From an uncultured Planctomycetales bacterium (GTDB taxonomy: Bacteria; Omnitrophota; Gorgyraeia; Zapsychrales; JANLHA01): DNA of 64,000 bases. Location: contig CAZAXH010000008.1 of assembly GCA_964489065.1 (NCBI GenBank), positions 64,130-128,129 on the forward strand, read 5' to 3'. Numbering within the stretch: the stretch's first letter is position 1; each line of letters opens with the position of its first letter. The position numbers and the translations under genes were made by a program. The notes beneath the pieces are model-generated. The model had not been told where the DNA came from. It was given only the letters and a program-made list of their open reading frames with translations, and did not search any database. Positions 8,407-18,114 of this stretch are shown one piece after another.

Positions 8407-9779
8407 CTTCACGGATTCTCCGAAAAACTCAAAGTGTCTGTCCCCGGTGTCTCGAGACCCTGGACACCTTTATCGTGGAAAAGAACGCAAAAATCGTTAT
8501 GAAAAAAACCTGCCCCCGGCATGGGCTGTTTGAAATCGTATTGTCTTCGACTCCGACTTACTACGCCGAACTCGAGGAGTATTATTTTTCCCTGGCGGAC
8601 ACTCGTTATGAAGTCCCGGAATATGAATTTTGGCCAACCTACCGGTGCAACGCTGACTGCACGATCTGCTGTTTCGGGCGGCAGAATTGGGAGATGGCGG
8701 GGCAGGACGCCTCGACGGGCGAAATTGAAAAACTGGCTAAAAACAGCAAGAAGCGTTTTTTTATTATTTCCGGGGGTGACCCGACCTGCCGGGATGACCT
8801 GGGTGATATTATAAGGACTTTTCGTAAACACGGGAAAGTCGTGACGATCAATACCAACGGCTTAAAATGCGCGGATTTAAACTACCTGAAGAAGTTGAAA
8901 AAGGCGGGCCTGGATCGACTGAATTTGCAATTTGACGGGTTTGACCCCAGATATTATCTGGCTCTGCGGCGTCAGGATTACCTGGACATCAAGCTGAAAG
9001 TTCTTGAAAACCTGCAGACTTTGGGGATTCAGACGACATTCAACGCGACCATCGCCCGGAATCTTAATGAAGGAGCGATCAAGGAATTAATGGATTTCGC
9101 CTCTTCGCACCCTTTTATCAACGGCGTTAATTTCTTTTCCATCTGTTTTCTGGGAGGGGCGAGGGACTGGGAACAAAGTTCATACATCATGCCGGATGAA
9201 ATCATTGACCTGCTCATCAGCCAAATAAGACCCGTTATTTCTAAAAAGAATGTTTTTGTTTTTCAAAAACTTCATCTGGCGGTCAAGTCGTTCCTGGCTC
9301 AGAAATGGTGCTTTTATAATCAGGTCTATCTTTTTGTCCGCAGAAACGGCTCTTTCGAGCCGATTGACCGCTTTCTCAACCTCGCTAAAGCCGAACCTTG
9401 GCTGGACCGTTACAGGGACAACTTCAAGACCAAGCCCTTCTGGGCGCGCGCCTGTCTGGGGATAGCCGTGGGGTGTCTCTTCCTGAAAAAAGAGTCCGTT
9501 ATTATTTTAAAGGAGATCCTTTTGAGGAGCGTGTCCTATTTTCTGAAGACGCGCCATTATCTTCGCGGCAGCCGGTTTTTCTCCGTGAGCTTTTCAACCG
9601 GCTGTGATCCTTATAAATTTGATTTTAACATTGTGAAACATTGCCAGAATGAAATCATCGCGGCCCGGGACCAGGACGGCGTGTTGACTCACTTAGGGAG
9701 CGACGGCCTGTATTGCATGGGGCTGGAGAAACGGTATTTGAGAAATAAACTCCAGAAAGAGGGGATGAGTTCTCGTTGA
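8403..9779 (+). CDS. Zinc-ribbon (CPxC...CPxHG) N-domain fused to a radical SAM domain; uncharacterised family
   Basis: N-terminal SVCPRCLE...KTCPRHG, then WPTYRCNADCTIC (CX3CX2C with Ile instead of the usual aromatic), ISGGDPT, and C-terminal conserved FSTGCDPYKFD and HCQNEI. ATGA overlap upstream. Confidence 0.7.
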   Translation: MTSRILRKTQSVCPRCLETLDTFIVEKNAKIVMKKTCPRHGLFEIVLSSTPTYYAELEEYYFSLADTRYEVPEYEFWPTYRCNADCTICCFGRQNWEMAGQDASTGEIEKLAKNSKKRFFIISGGDPTCRDDLGDIIRTFRKHGKVVTINTNGLKCADLNYLKKLKKAGLDRLNLQFDGFDPRYYLALRRQDYLDIKLKVLENLQTLGIQTTFNATIARNLNEGAIKELMDFASSHPFINGVNFFSICFLGGARDWEQSSYIMPDEIIDLLISQIRPVISKKNVFVFQKLHLAVKSFLAQKWCFYNQVYLFVRRNGSFEPIDRFLNLAKAEPWLDRYRDNFKTKPFWARACLGIAVGCLFLKKESVIILKEILLRSVSYFLKTRHYLRGSRFFSVSFSTGCDPYKFDFNIVKHCQNEIIAARDQDGVLTHLGSDGLYCMGLEKRYLRNKLQKEGMSSR

Positions 9780-9780
9780 T

Positions 9781-11052
9781 ATGATGAAAGCCTACCCCCG
9801 ACATTCCGTTGACATTACCTGGCGCGATTACAAGCGCATGGTTTCGTTTTTCTTCACATCCCCGGCCCGGAGGAAAGAATTCCTTCCGGAATTCGAACAA
9901 CGCTTTGCGGAATATACCGGCACCCGCTTCGCCCTGTCCGTGCCGTCCGCCCGGGTGGGGCTTTATGCGATCCTGCAGTATTTTAATTTCCCTAAAGGGG
10001 CCGAAGTTATCATCACCCCGTTCACGCACCAGAGTATTTTTACGGTCCTGAAGACGTTCCGGCTTAAGCCGGTTTTCGTCGATATCGATGAAAAGACGCA
10101 CAATATCGACCCGCACCTGGTCAGGAAATCGGTTTCGGAGAAAACCCGTCTGCTGATTTTAACTCATATGTGGGGGCAGCCCTGCGACATGGCCGCGTTC
10201 ACCGCCTTGAAAAAAGAGTACGATCTGAAAATTATTGAAGATTGCGCCATGGCCGCCGGCGCGACTTACCAGGGGCGGAAAGTGGGGAGTTTCGTCGATG
10301 CCAGCATATTCAGCTTCGGGAAAGCTAAGGCCATTTGCGCTTTCGGCGGCGGGATGCTGTGCTGCCATGACGCCTCCATGAAGGATTTTATCTCCGGCCT
10401 GATCCGGGATTTTAAGCCCTCCCGGAGCCTGCCGCTGGCGGTTTCCGTCATTAATTCCGTGATCGCCAATATCCTGACCCGGCCCCGCTTTTTTTTCTTC
10501 TCCCTTTATCCGGTGATGCGGCTTTTCAACCTGCGGGATCCCTACAATCCGGTTGAACATAAAAAAGACTCCGAAGTCATCCTGGAGCAGATGCCGGAAG
10601 AATGGAAAGTCAAAATGTCGCCGTTTCAGGCCGCCCTGGGGCTGGAACAGCTCCGGAGCCTGGACGCCCGTAACCAGGCCCGGGCCCGTAACGCGCAGCT
10701 TTTGAACTTTTTGTTGGAGGGGACGCCGGGGATCAGTGTGCCCCGGCCGCAACCCGGAGGTAATCATATTTATCTTTACTACGCGGTTCATATACAGAAC
10801 GCCGCTTCTCTGGACGCCCTTAGGTTGAGCTTGCTGAAGCGTTCGGTCGACACGCAATTAAATGAGTTGACGACTCCCCGGCAGCTGCGTGTTTTCGGGG
10901 CGGACAGCCGGACGGTCCCTGTTTTTGAAACCATATCCGCGAATATCCTTGTCATCCCCAACGGGATTTATTTAAATGACCGGGATATCCGGCTTGTGGC
11001 GGAGGCGTTAAAACAGAGCCTGAGGTCCCTTCCGGGGAAGGGGGATGCATGA
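9781..11052 (+). CDS. DegT/DnrJ/EryC1-like PLP-dependent aminotransferase (divergent)
   Basis: ALSVPSARVGLYAIL, IITPFTH, ILTHMWGQPCDM, IIEDCAMA and FSFGKAKAI (lysine) arrangement typical of the family. Confidence 0.65.
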   Translation: MMKAYPRHSVDITWRDYKRMVSFFFTSPARRKEFLPEFEQRFAEYTGTRFALSVPSARVGLYAILQYFNFPKGAEVIITPFTHQSIFTVLKTFRLKPVFVDIDEKTHNIDPHLVRKSVSEKTRLLILTHMWGQPCDMAAFTALKKEYDLKIIEDCAMAAGATYQGRKVGSFVDASIFSFGKAKAICAFGGGMLCCHDASMKDFISGLIRDFKPSRSLPLAVSVINSVIANILTRPRFFFFSLYPVMRLFNLRDPYNPVEHKKDSEVILEQMPEEWKVKMSPFQAALGLEQLRSLDARNQARARNAQLLNFLLEGTPGISVPRPQPGGNHIYLYYAVHIQNAASLDALRLSLLKRSVDTQLNELTTPRQLRVFGADSRTVPVFETISANILVIPNGIYLNDRDIRLVAEALKQSLRSLPGKGDA

Positions 11053-12431
11053 AAACGGCCCGGCCATCCCGCTCGATATTACGGACAACGGAAAGCGTCT
11101 GCCCGAAATGTTCCGCGCCCCTGCCCGCCAGTATTGTCGCGGATGAAAAAGGCGTGTTTATGGAGAAACGCTGCCCGCAGCATGGAGATTTTCGCGTGCG
11201 CCTGTCCGAAACCCCGGCCTTGTACGCCGAACTGGACGGGTTTTACTGTTCCCTGATGGGGCGGGCGCAACCTTGTTTTGATTATGAAATCTGGCCCACC
11301 CTGCGGTGCAATATGAATTGCGCGATATGTTTTTTCGGCTGTCCGCGGGAATCTTCCCGGGTTTTTGAGCCGACGCTCAACGCCATCGAACAGTTCGTCA
11401 GCCGGGACCCGCACCCGTTTTACTGCCTCTCCGGAGCGGAAGCGACTGTCCGGGATGATTTGCCGGATATCATCCGTATTTTAAAAAAGCACCGGAAAGT
11501 CGTGACGTTGAACACTAACGGAATGCGTTTCGAGGATGAATCTTATCTGTTAAAACTGAAGAACGCCGGGCTGGACCGGGTTATTTTGCAATGCGATGGT
11601 TTTGATCCCCGTGTTTCCCTGAAGATGAGGGGAGAGGATGCTGTCCCCCAACGGCAGCGTGTCTTGGCCCTCTTGGAAAAGCATCATATGCCGACCGCGC
11701 TCAGTTCCACGATCGCCCGGGGCCTCAACGAACATACGGTTTCGGAATTGCTGGATTACGCGCTGGCGCATCCTTTCATCAACGGGATCGCGTTTCTGTC
11801 CATCGCCTTTGACGGCGGGGCCCGGAACTGGAGCCAGGAGCGCTACATGATGCCGGATGAAGTGATCGACGTTGTCTGCCGTGTCCCCGGCTATAACGTA
11901 AAAAAAGAAAACGTGCACAGATTTCAAAAGCTGCATTTCGCCGTCAAGGCGTTCTTGAAGCAGCGCGCGTGTTTATATAATCAGCTTTATGTCCTGGTGC
12001 GCCGGCGGGGTTCCTTTGAGCCTATTGACGCTTTCATGAATCTCGCTAAAGCCGAGCCCTGGCTGGACCGTTACCGGCACGCTTACGCGGGGAAGAAACA
12101 CGGCCTGGCCGCTCTTTATCTGGGGCTGGCTTTGCTATGCCTGTGCTGCCATCGCCGGATTTTAGTCCTGTTCCGGGACCTTCTCGGCTCGGGGGTGTCT
12201 TATTTCTTCCGGACGTCACGATATCTAAGAACAGGCCGACTGCTTGCTTTAAGTTTTACGACCAGCTGCGACCCGTATAAGCTCGACAAGACAATCCTCC
12301 AGAATTGTCAGAATGAAATTATGGCCGCGGATCAAACACCGGACTCTTTACGCCCTATCGGAAGGGAAGGCGCCTATTTCGTGAACCTGGAAAAACATTA
12401 CGCTGAATCTCAACCCCGGGGGGAACCATGA
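11049..12431 (+). CDS. Zinc-ribbon-radical SAM family protein (paralog of 8403-9779)
   Basis: SVCPKCSAPLP...KRCPQHG, WPTLRCNMNCAIC, LSGAEAT, TSCDPYKLD, NCQNEI. ATGA overlaps on both sides. Confidence 0.7.
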   Translation: MKTARPSRSILRTTESVCPKCSAPLPASIVADEKGVFMEKRCPQHGDFRVRLSETPALYAELDGFYCSLMGRAQPCFDYEIWPTLRCNMNCAICFFGCPRESSRVFEPTLNAIEQFVSRDPHPFYCLSGAEATVRDDLPDIIRILKKHRKVVTLNTNGMRFEDESYLLKLKNAGLDRVILQCDGFDPRVSLKMRGEDAVPQRQRVLALLEKHHMPTALSSTIARGLNEHTVSELLDYALAHPFINGIAFLSIAFDGGARNWSQERYMMPDEVIDVVCRVPGYNVKKENVHRFQKLHFAVKAFLKQRACLYNQLYVLVRRRGSFEPIDAFMNLAKAEPWLDRYRHAYAGKKHGLAALYLGLALLCLCCHRRILVLFRDLLGSGVSYFFRTSRYLRTGRLLALSFTTSCDPYKLDKTILQNCQNEIMAADQTPDSLRPIGREGAYFVNLEKHYAESQPRGEP

Positions 12432-15184
12432 AACCTGACACGATCATTCGCGCGACGCAAAGCGTTTGCCCTGTATGCCTGGAAGCCGTGCCCGCGACGG
12501 TGCTTGAGAAAGACGGCCGGGTTTACCTGACTAAGACCTGCCCCCGGCACGGGGCCTCCGAAGTCCTTCTGTCTGAGACCGCGGGTCTTTACAAAGAACT
12601 GGAAGGCTTTTTTTCCGCCGTTATGAACCCGTCTTACCGCATCCGCGAATATGAAATCTGGGTGACAATGCGCTGCAACACGTCTTGCACCATCTGTCAT
12701 CTCGGAGACAGCAACAGGATCGACATCCCGGACCCGAGCCTGGAAAAAATCGAGGAGTTTATCCTCCGGCATGACCAGCCGGCTTATATCCTTTCTGGGG
12801 GAGAGCCCACCTGCCGGGAAGACCTGCCGGATATTGTCCGCCTTTTTAAAAAGCACGGCAAGCATATCAGCCTGCACACGAACGGTCTGGCTTTAGGGAA
12901 CAAAGATTACATCCGTTCCCTGCAGGAAGCGGGGTTGGACCGGATCAATCTTCAATTTGACGGGTTCGCGCCGGACGCGTATAAAATTTTCCGGGGGAAA
13001 AATATCCTGGATAAGAAGCAACTGGCTTTAAAAAACCTGGAAGACCTGCGTCTGCCGACGGATTTGAATATCACGGTTGCCCGGGGTGTCAATGAGCCGG
13101 CCGTCATGGACAGCGTCCGGTTTGCCGTTAAACATCCTTTCATCTCTTCCGTTAACTTCTTCACGATCTGCTACCTGGGAGAAACGGCCCGATGGCCTTT
13201 AAAATATTTCCTTATGCCGGATACGATCGGAGACATCCTGGAAAAAGAAACAGGCGGCCGGATTTCCAAGCGCGGCATCATCCTTTTTCAGAAACTGCAC
13301 CTGGCCGTTAAATCCCTGCGTTCGGAGCGTTATTGCCTTTACAGCCAGATTTTTGTCCTGTTCCGAAAACGGGACGGGACGTATGACCCCATTGACCGCT
13401 ATCTTAACCTGGAACGGACGGACAGGCTTCTGAAACTTTATCAAAAAATGGCTCCCGGGCATCCTGTCCTCGCCAAAATAATTTTAATTTTAGGCCTGCC
13501 GTTTTTTATGATGCGCTGGTCCACGCTGGTGATCCTGAAAGAAATCTTGCGGACCGGATTTTCTTTTATGATCAACGAGGATTACGCTTTAAAAACCAGC
13601 CCGTTCCTTTATTTGAATTTTAATACGAGCTGTGATCCTTATAAAATCGATTACGGGTTCGTGCAGGATTGTCAGGATGAAATCATTTTTTATGACCGTC
13701 AGCAGGAACACTTGGTGAACCAGGGAGTGGACGGATTGCGCGCCATCGAGTTCGAGCGCCGCTACCGTAAGGCCGCCCCCAAGGAGACGATTCGCATTGA
13801 TCGGAAAATGGAAACATCCCAGAGGCATAAGCCTGCCGGCTTGGGCAACCGTGTCATTCGGGAGACAATGAGCGTGTGTCCTGTTTGCCTGGCCCCGCTC
13901 CCGGCCAGGATCCGGGCCGGAGCGGATGGCGTTTATCTGGAAAAGACATGCCCCCGGCACGGGGCCTTTCGCGTTTTTGTTTCGACTCATCCGGATGATT
14001 ATCAGGCCCTGTCCGACACTTATTTTTATTTTATCCCCGGGGCTCTGGAACAACGGGAATATTACGTCTGCGCGAGCACGCGGTGCAACATTTCGTGCCC
14101 GATTTGTTACCTGAATTATTGCCCTGAGCGGCCTCCTCTGACGCCCGAGGATATGAACAGCGCCGTGGGGGATAAACCGCAGGTGGAGCGCTTCACGTTT
14201 TCCCACGGCGAGCCCACGGTCTCTCCGCAACTGCCGGAGATGATCCGGGCTTTAAAGAAAGCCGGGAAATTTGTCAACATTCATACGAACGGCGTGAAAC
14301 TTGCCGATTATGCTTATACTCAATCCCTGAAACAGGCGGGGCTGGATCACGTGAGCCTCCAGTTTGACGGTTTTCGTGATGAAATTTATGAGACCCTGAG
14401 AGGCGGGAAGCTCTTGGAGGCCAAAACGCGCGCTTTGGATAATCTTAAGGCGCTGGAAATCCCCGTGACATTAAACGTGACGATCGCCGGGGGCGTTAAT
14501 GAAGACGAGTGGGGCAAAGTTTTTGATTACGTTGTCCGGAATGATTTTATTAAAGACGTGAGTTATATCACTTACTGCCATTACTCCCCTCAGGGGGATG
14601 CCGAGGGCCGGTCCATGATGCCGGACGACCTGGTGATACGCCTCGTGGAGCATTCTCAAGGGACGATTGAGAGGGAGGATGTGGTCTGTTTTCAGAAATT
14701 GTTTTACGCCTATTTAAGCGCCTTCCGCAAGAAAAAATGCTTTAACTATTATCATTATTGCGTTGTGCGGACATCCGGCGGATACCGTGGGATTGAGCGT
14801 TATCTGGATGTGCGGAAGATCGCCGGGAAGATTGACGCGTGCCGGGAGAGAGGACAAACGATGACGAAAACGTTGTTGCTGAAAATATTGTTAACCTCTC
14901 TGCGATGGGATAGTGTGGCGTTGATTCCTTACGGATTATTTTTGCTGTCGCGCGGGGGGTATCCCCCAAGCCCCGGGAAACTTTTAGTCGTGACGTTGGC
15001 CAGTATCTGCGACCCGTATAAATATGACGCAACGGTCGCCTTAAATTGCGGGCAGGGCATTATTACTCAAACCATGCAACATGAGAGTTACGGGACATAT
15101 ATTATCGAGGAGATGAAGCGTTCGCCGCGTCCCGACGCAGCTCGTGTCCTGCCTGACGCGTTTCCTCAAGGGGGTTCGGTATAA
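12428..15184 (+). CDS. Didomain fusion: two tandem zinc-ribbon-radical SAM modules in one 918-aa ORF
   Basis: Module 1 has SVCPVCLEAVP...KTCPRHG, MRCNTSCTIC, LSGGEPT, TSCDPYKID, DCQDEI. Module 2 starts near aa 470 (about 13835) with SVCPVCLAPLP...KTCPRHG, STRCNISCPIC, FSHGEPT, SICDPYKYD, NCGQGI. There is no stop between the modules. Confidence 0.7.
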   Translation: MKPDTIIRATQSVCPVCLEAVPATVLEKDGRVYLTKTCPRHGASEVLLSETAGLYKELEGFFSAVMNPSYRIREYEIWVTMRCNTSCTICHLGDSNRIDIPDPSLEKIEEFILRHDQPAYILSGGEPTCREDLPDIVRLFKKHGKHISLHTNGLALGNKDYIRSLQEAGLDRINLQFDGFAPDAYKIFRGKNILDKKQLALKNLEDLRLPTDLNITVARGVNEPAVMDSVRFAVKHPFISSVNFFTICYLGETARWPLKYFLMPDTIGDILEKETGGRISKRGIILFQKLHLAVKSLRSERYCLYSQIFVLFRKRDGTYDPIDRYLNLERTDRLLKLYQKMAPGHPVLAKIILILGLPFFMMRWSTLVILKEILRTGFSFMINEDYALKTSPFLYLNFNTSCDPYKIDYGFVQDCQDEIIFYDRQQEHLVNQGVDGLRAIEFERRYRKAAPKETIRIDRKMETSQRHKPAGLGNRVIRETMSVCPVCLAPLPARIRAGADGVYLEKTCPRHGAFRVFVSTHPDDYQALSDTYFYFIPGALEQREYYVCASTRCNISCPICYLNYCPERPPLTPEDMNSAVGDKPQVERFTFSHGEPTVSPQLPEMIRALKKAGKFVNIHTNGVKLADYAYTQSLKQAGLDHVSLQFDGFRDEIYETLRGGKLLEAKTRALDNLKALEIPVTLNVTIAGGVNEDEWGKVFDYVVRNDFIKDVSYITYCHYSPQGDAEGRSMMPDDLVIRLVEHSQGTIEREDVVCFQKLFYAYLSAFRKKKCFNYYHYCVVRTSGGYRGIERYLDVRKIAGKIDACRERGQTMTKTLLLKILLTSLRWDSVALIPYGLFLLSRGGYPPSPGKLLVVTLASICDPYKYDATVALNCGQGIITQTMQHESYGTYIIEEMKRSPRPDAARVLPDAFPQGGSV

Positions 15185-15188
15185 AATT

Positions 15189-16751
15189 ATGAAGATCGCC
15201 TTTATTAATGATTCCTGTGAACGGCTGGGTGTTGAATATATTTCAGCCGTGCTTAAACAGCATGGGCACACCGTCAAATTGTTCGCCGATCCGCAGCTCT
15301 TTGATGACGAAAATTTTACAATCGCGCCTCTGGCCAGGTTTTTTGACCGGCAGGAAGACCTGCTGGCCCAAATTCAGGCGTTCCAGCCGGATCTGATCGG
15401 GTTCTCGGTCGTGACGGACTTTTATCAGTGGGCCTGCCGCCTCGCCAGGCGTATCAAAGCGGTGATGGATGTCCCGGTGCTTTTCGGAGGGATTCACGCG
15501 ACATCGGTTCCCGAAAAGGTCCTGCAGCAGGATTGCGTGGATATGGTCTGCCGGGGGGAAGGGGAGTTCGCCCTTTTGGACCTCGCCGACAGCATGGAGA
15601 AGGGCCTCCGGGATTACACGATCCCCAACATTTGGTTTAAAAAAGACGGTGCGATCATCAGGAATGATGCGCGTCCCCTGATCGAGGACCTGGATGCGCT
15701 GCCGTTCGCGGATAAAGACCTTTTTTATGAGGCCAGCCCCCATTTTTCCCGTTGCTATTTCCTGATGACCAACCGCGGCTGCGCTTACGCCTGCAGTTAT
15801 TGCTGTAATTCATTCCTGAAAAAATTTTATCATGCGAAAGGCCGGTACCTGCGTTTCCGCAGCGCCGGAAACGTGATCCGGGAGTTGACCCTGGCCAAAC
15901 AGAAATACGGCATTAAAATGGTCCGTATCCACGATGATGACTTCCTCACGCACGACGTGCCCTGGTTCGAGGAGTTCGCGGAAGAATACTCCCGGCATAT
16001 ACAGGCCCCGTTCGCATGCTTCACGCACCCCAACAGCGTGACGGAAACCAAAGCCCGCCTGCTGAAGAAAGCAGGGTGCCACGATATCGAAGTGGGGGTC
16101 CAGTCCATCTCCTCGGACACGCGTTACCGGATTCTTAACCGCCGCGTTTCGGATGAGCAATTGGTCCGCGCTCTGCAGATATTAAAAGACGCGGGCATCA
16201 AGGTGATCACGGATAATATCCTGGGGCTTCCTCACCAGGGGCGGGAGGAGCTTCTGGATCTCATTAAATTTTATAATAAAAACAGGATCATGAAGATTTA
16301 CTGTTTCGGCTTCCGGCATTATCCGGCCACGGATATCGTCGAATATTCCAGGGACGAGAAACTGCTGAGCGCACAGGATGTCGAGAACCTGGAGAACGGG
16401 ATCAATGTCAAGACCTTCATTCAGAGCGGGGATAATTTGAGCCGTGAGGACCGGCAACTGCAGACATTTTTTGCGTTTCTGCTCTACCTGCCGGAGACGG
16501 TCAATAATTACATCCTTGAGAAAAAGCTGTACCGTTATTTTATCCCGCTCCCGTATTATGTCCTGGTTATCTTTTCCAATTGGCTGCGCATCCCGTACCG
16601 GTACAACTGGGCGCTGCATATTACCGTGTGCCGGTACCGGGTTTATGCTTATAAAACGATAAAGAAAAAGTTTACCTCGGGTATCAGGGCGTTGCTTAAA
16701 AAGTTCCGCCCTTCGGCCTTTAACACGGCGCGGGGGACGCCTGTCCGGTGA
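15189..16751 (+). CDS. Predicted B12-binding-domain radical SAM protein (MKIAF subfamily, paralog 1 of 7 in tandem)
   Basis: N-terminal Rossmann-like MKIAFINDSCERLGVEYISAVLKQHGH, then NRGCAYACSYCCNS (CX3CX2C) and DLDALPFADKDLFY. Start chosen at the ATG just after the upstream stop, with AGGGGG about 15 nt upstream. Confidence 0.7.
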   Translation: MKIAFINDSCERLGVEYISAVLKQHGHTVKLFADPQLFDDENFTIAPLARFFDRQEDLLAQIQAFQPDLIGFSVVTDFYQWACRLARRIKAVMDVPVLFGGIHATSVPEKVLQQDCVDMVCRGEGEFALLDLADSMEKGLRDYTIPNIWFKKDGAIIRNDARPLIEDLDALPFADKDLFYEASPHFSRCYFLMTNRGCAYACSYCCNSFLKKFYHAKGRYLRFRSAGNVIRELTLAKQKYGIKMVRIHDDDFLTHDVPWFEEFAEEYSRHIQAPFACFTHPNSVTETKARLLKKAGCHDIEVGVQSISSDTRYRILNRRVSDEQLVRALQILKDAGIKVITDNILGLPHQGREELLDLIKFYNKNRIMKIYCFGFRHYPATDIVEYSRDEKLLSAQDVENLENGINVKTFIQSGDNLSREDRQLQTFFAFLLYLPETVNNYILEKKLYRYFIPLPYYVLVIFSNWLRIPYRYNWALHITVCRYRVYAYKTIKKKFTSGIRALLKKFRPSAFNTARGTPVR

Positions 16752-16761
16752 AACAAGATAA

Positions 16762-18114
16762 ATGTCTATGAAAACTTATTTCATAAGCGCGTCGACATTC
16801 TGCATGGAACGGATGCTGGACTGCCAGCAGGTTTCCGATTATCTCAAGTTGAACGGCTGGCGTCCGGTGACGCGGGTTCGGCAGGCCGGGCTGGTCATCA
16901 TAAGCACCTGCTCGTTCGGGCGCGAAGAGGACGCGAGCTCCCTGGATTATATCCGTTATTTTCTGCGGAAGAAATCGCCCCGGGCCCGTTTCCTGATTAT
17001 GGGGTGCCTTCCGGTGATCAACCCCGACTTATTATCTTCTTATCAGGATATTCCCGTGCTCACACCGACCACTTTATCCCGGATCGAAACCGTGGCCCCT
17101 CCGGAGAGGACCCGGTTCGCGGATGTCCCGGAACCCAATAAAATTTTGGCGACAGAAGTCACGCACAGTGTTTTTCTGAAAAAAGCGTTAAGTTTCCGTT
17201 CCGCGTTCAGGCAGGGCCTCCGGTGTTTTAAGCCTGATGTAGCGACGTTGCGGCGGGGGCTGTCCTTCCTGAAAGCCGCGGTGCGTTATGTCCCGGTTAT
17301 GAAGGCGCACATTAACCCGTTCTTATCCTGTAACCGGAACGGATTTTATTATTTGAGATTATCCAAGGGCTGCCTGGGGAACTGCAGTTACTGCGCTAAA
17401 AGACATTCGACAGGGACCTTGCAGAGCAAATCCACAACCTCTATCCTCGATGAATTCCGCGCCGGGCTCAGGGCCGGGGAAAAGCAGTTTTATTTATTGA
17501 CGGAAGACGTCGGCTGTTACGGGGCCGACCGGCACACAGATATCGTAGCCTTGTTGAAAAATCTTTTTGAAGCCGGGGAGAGGCATGATTTCCGGATTGT
17601 CCTGTCCAATTTCAATGCCCGGTGGTTCGTGCGGTATTATGAGGACCTGGAGCCGGTCTTGATCCGGAATCAGAACAAAATTTTGTATCTGCAAATACCG
17701 ATCCAGTCAGGCAGCACCCGCATCCTGGAATTCATGAACCGGCATTACACCATTGAAGACGTGGAATCCCGGCTCCTGACTTTAAGAAAGAACGCCCCGG
17801 CGGTCGCCTTCACGACCGATATCATCGCCGGATTCCCGGGGGAAACGGATGAGGATTTTGAACTCACCAAGAAGTTTTTGTCGAAAATACGTTTTCAGCA
17901 CGTTGATATTTTCGCTTACGAAAAACGCCCCGGCACTAAAGCGGGAACGCTTCCCGGGGACGTCCCCCCGGAGATCATCGAAGCCCGTGTCCTGCAGTTG
18001 GCCCGGCTTCAGAACAGCTATCACCGGGGCCCCATGCTTGCTAAAAAAGTGCTGGATGTTATCCGGGAAAACCTGCAGCGCTACCGGAATAAAGCCGTGA
18101 CCCGTACGCCATGA
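16762..18114 (+). CDS. MiaB/RimO-like radical SAM methylthiotransferase family protein
   Basis: N-terminal MTTase-like domain with LVIISTCSF, rSAM motif LSKGCLGNCSYCAKRHSTG, and ITDIIAGFPGETDEDF typical of the MTTase C-terminal region. Confidence 0.6.
   Translation: MSMKTYFISASTFCMERMLDCQQVSDYLKLNGWRPVTRVRQAGLVIISTCSFGREEDASSLDYIRYFLRKKSPRARFLIMGCLPVINPDLLSSYQDIPVLTPTTLSRIETVAPPERTRFADVPEPNKILATEVTHSVFLKKALSFRSAFRQGLRCFKPDVATLRRGLSFLKAAVRYVPVMKAHINPFLSCNRNGFYYLRLSKGCLGNCSYCAKRHSTGTLQSKSTTSILDEFRAGLRAGEKQFYLLTEDVGCYGADRHTDIVALLKNLFEAGERHDFRIVLSNFNARWFVRYYEDLEPVLIRNQNKILYLQIPIQSGSTRILEFMNRHYTIEDVESRLLTLRKNAPAVAFTTDIIAGFPGETDEDFELTKKFLSKIRFQHVDIFAYEKRPGTKAGTLPGDVPPEIIEARVLQLARLQNSYHRGPMLAKKVLDVIRENLQRYRNKAVTRTP

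Noticed and set aside
8403-9779. Possible identity of the zinc-ribbon-rSAM family with archaeal tetraether synthase (Tes/GDGT-MAS-like) enzymes, given the lipid-like context
   Set aside because: Those enzymes are described as carrying multiple auxiliary Fe-S clusters. The modules here have only a 3Cys+His N-site and 2-3 conserved C-terminal Cys, so the cofactor complement does not fit. I cannot align from memory, so the idea is left as untested rather than asserted.
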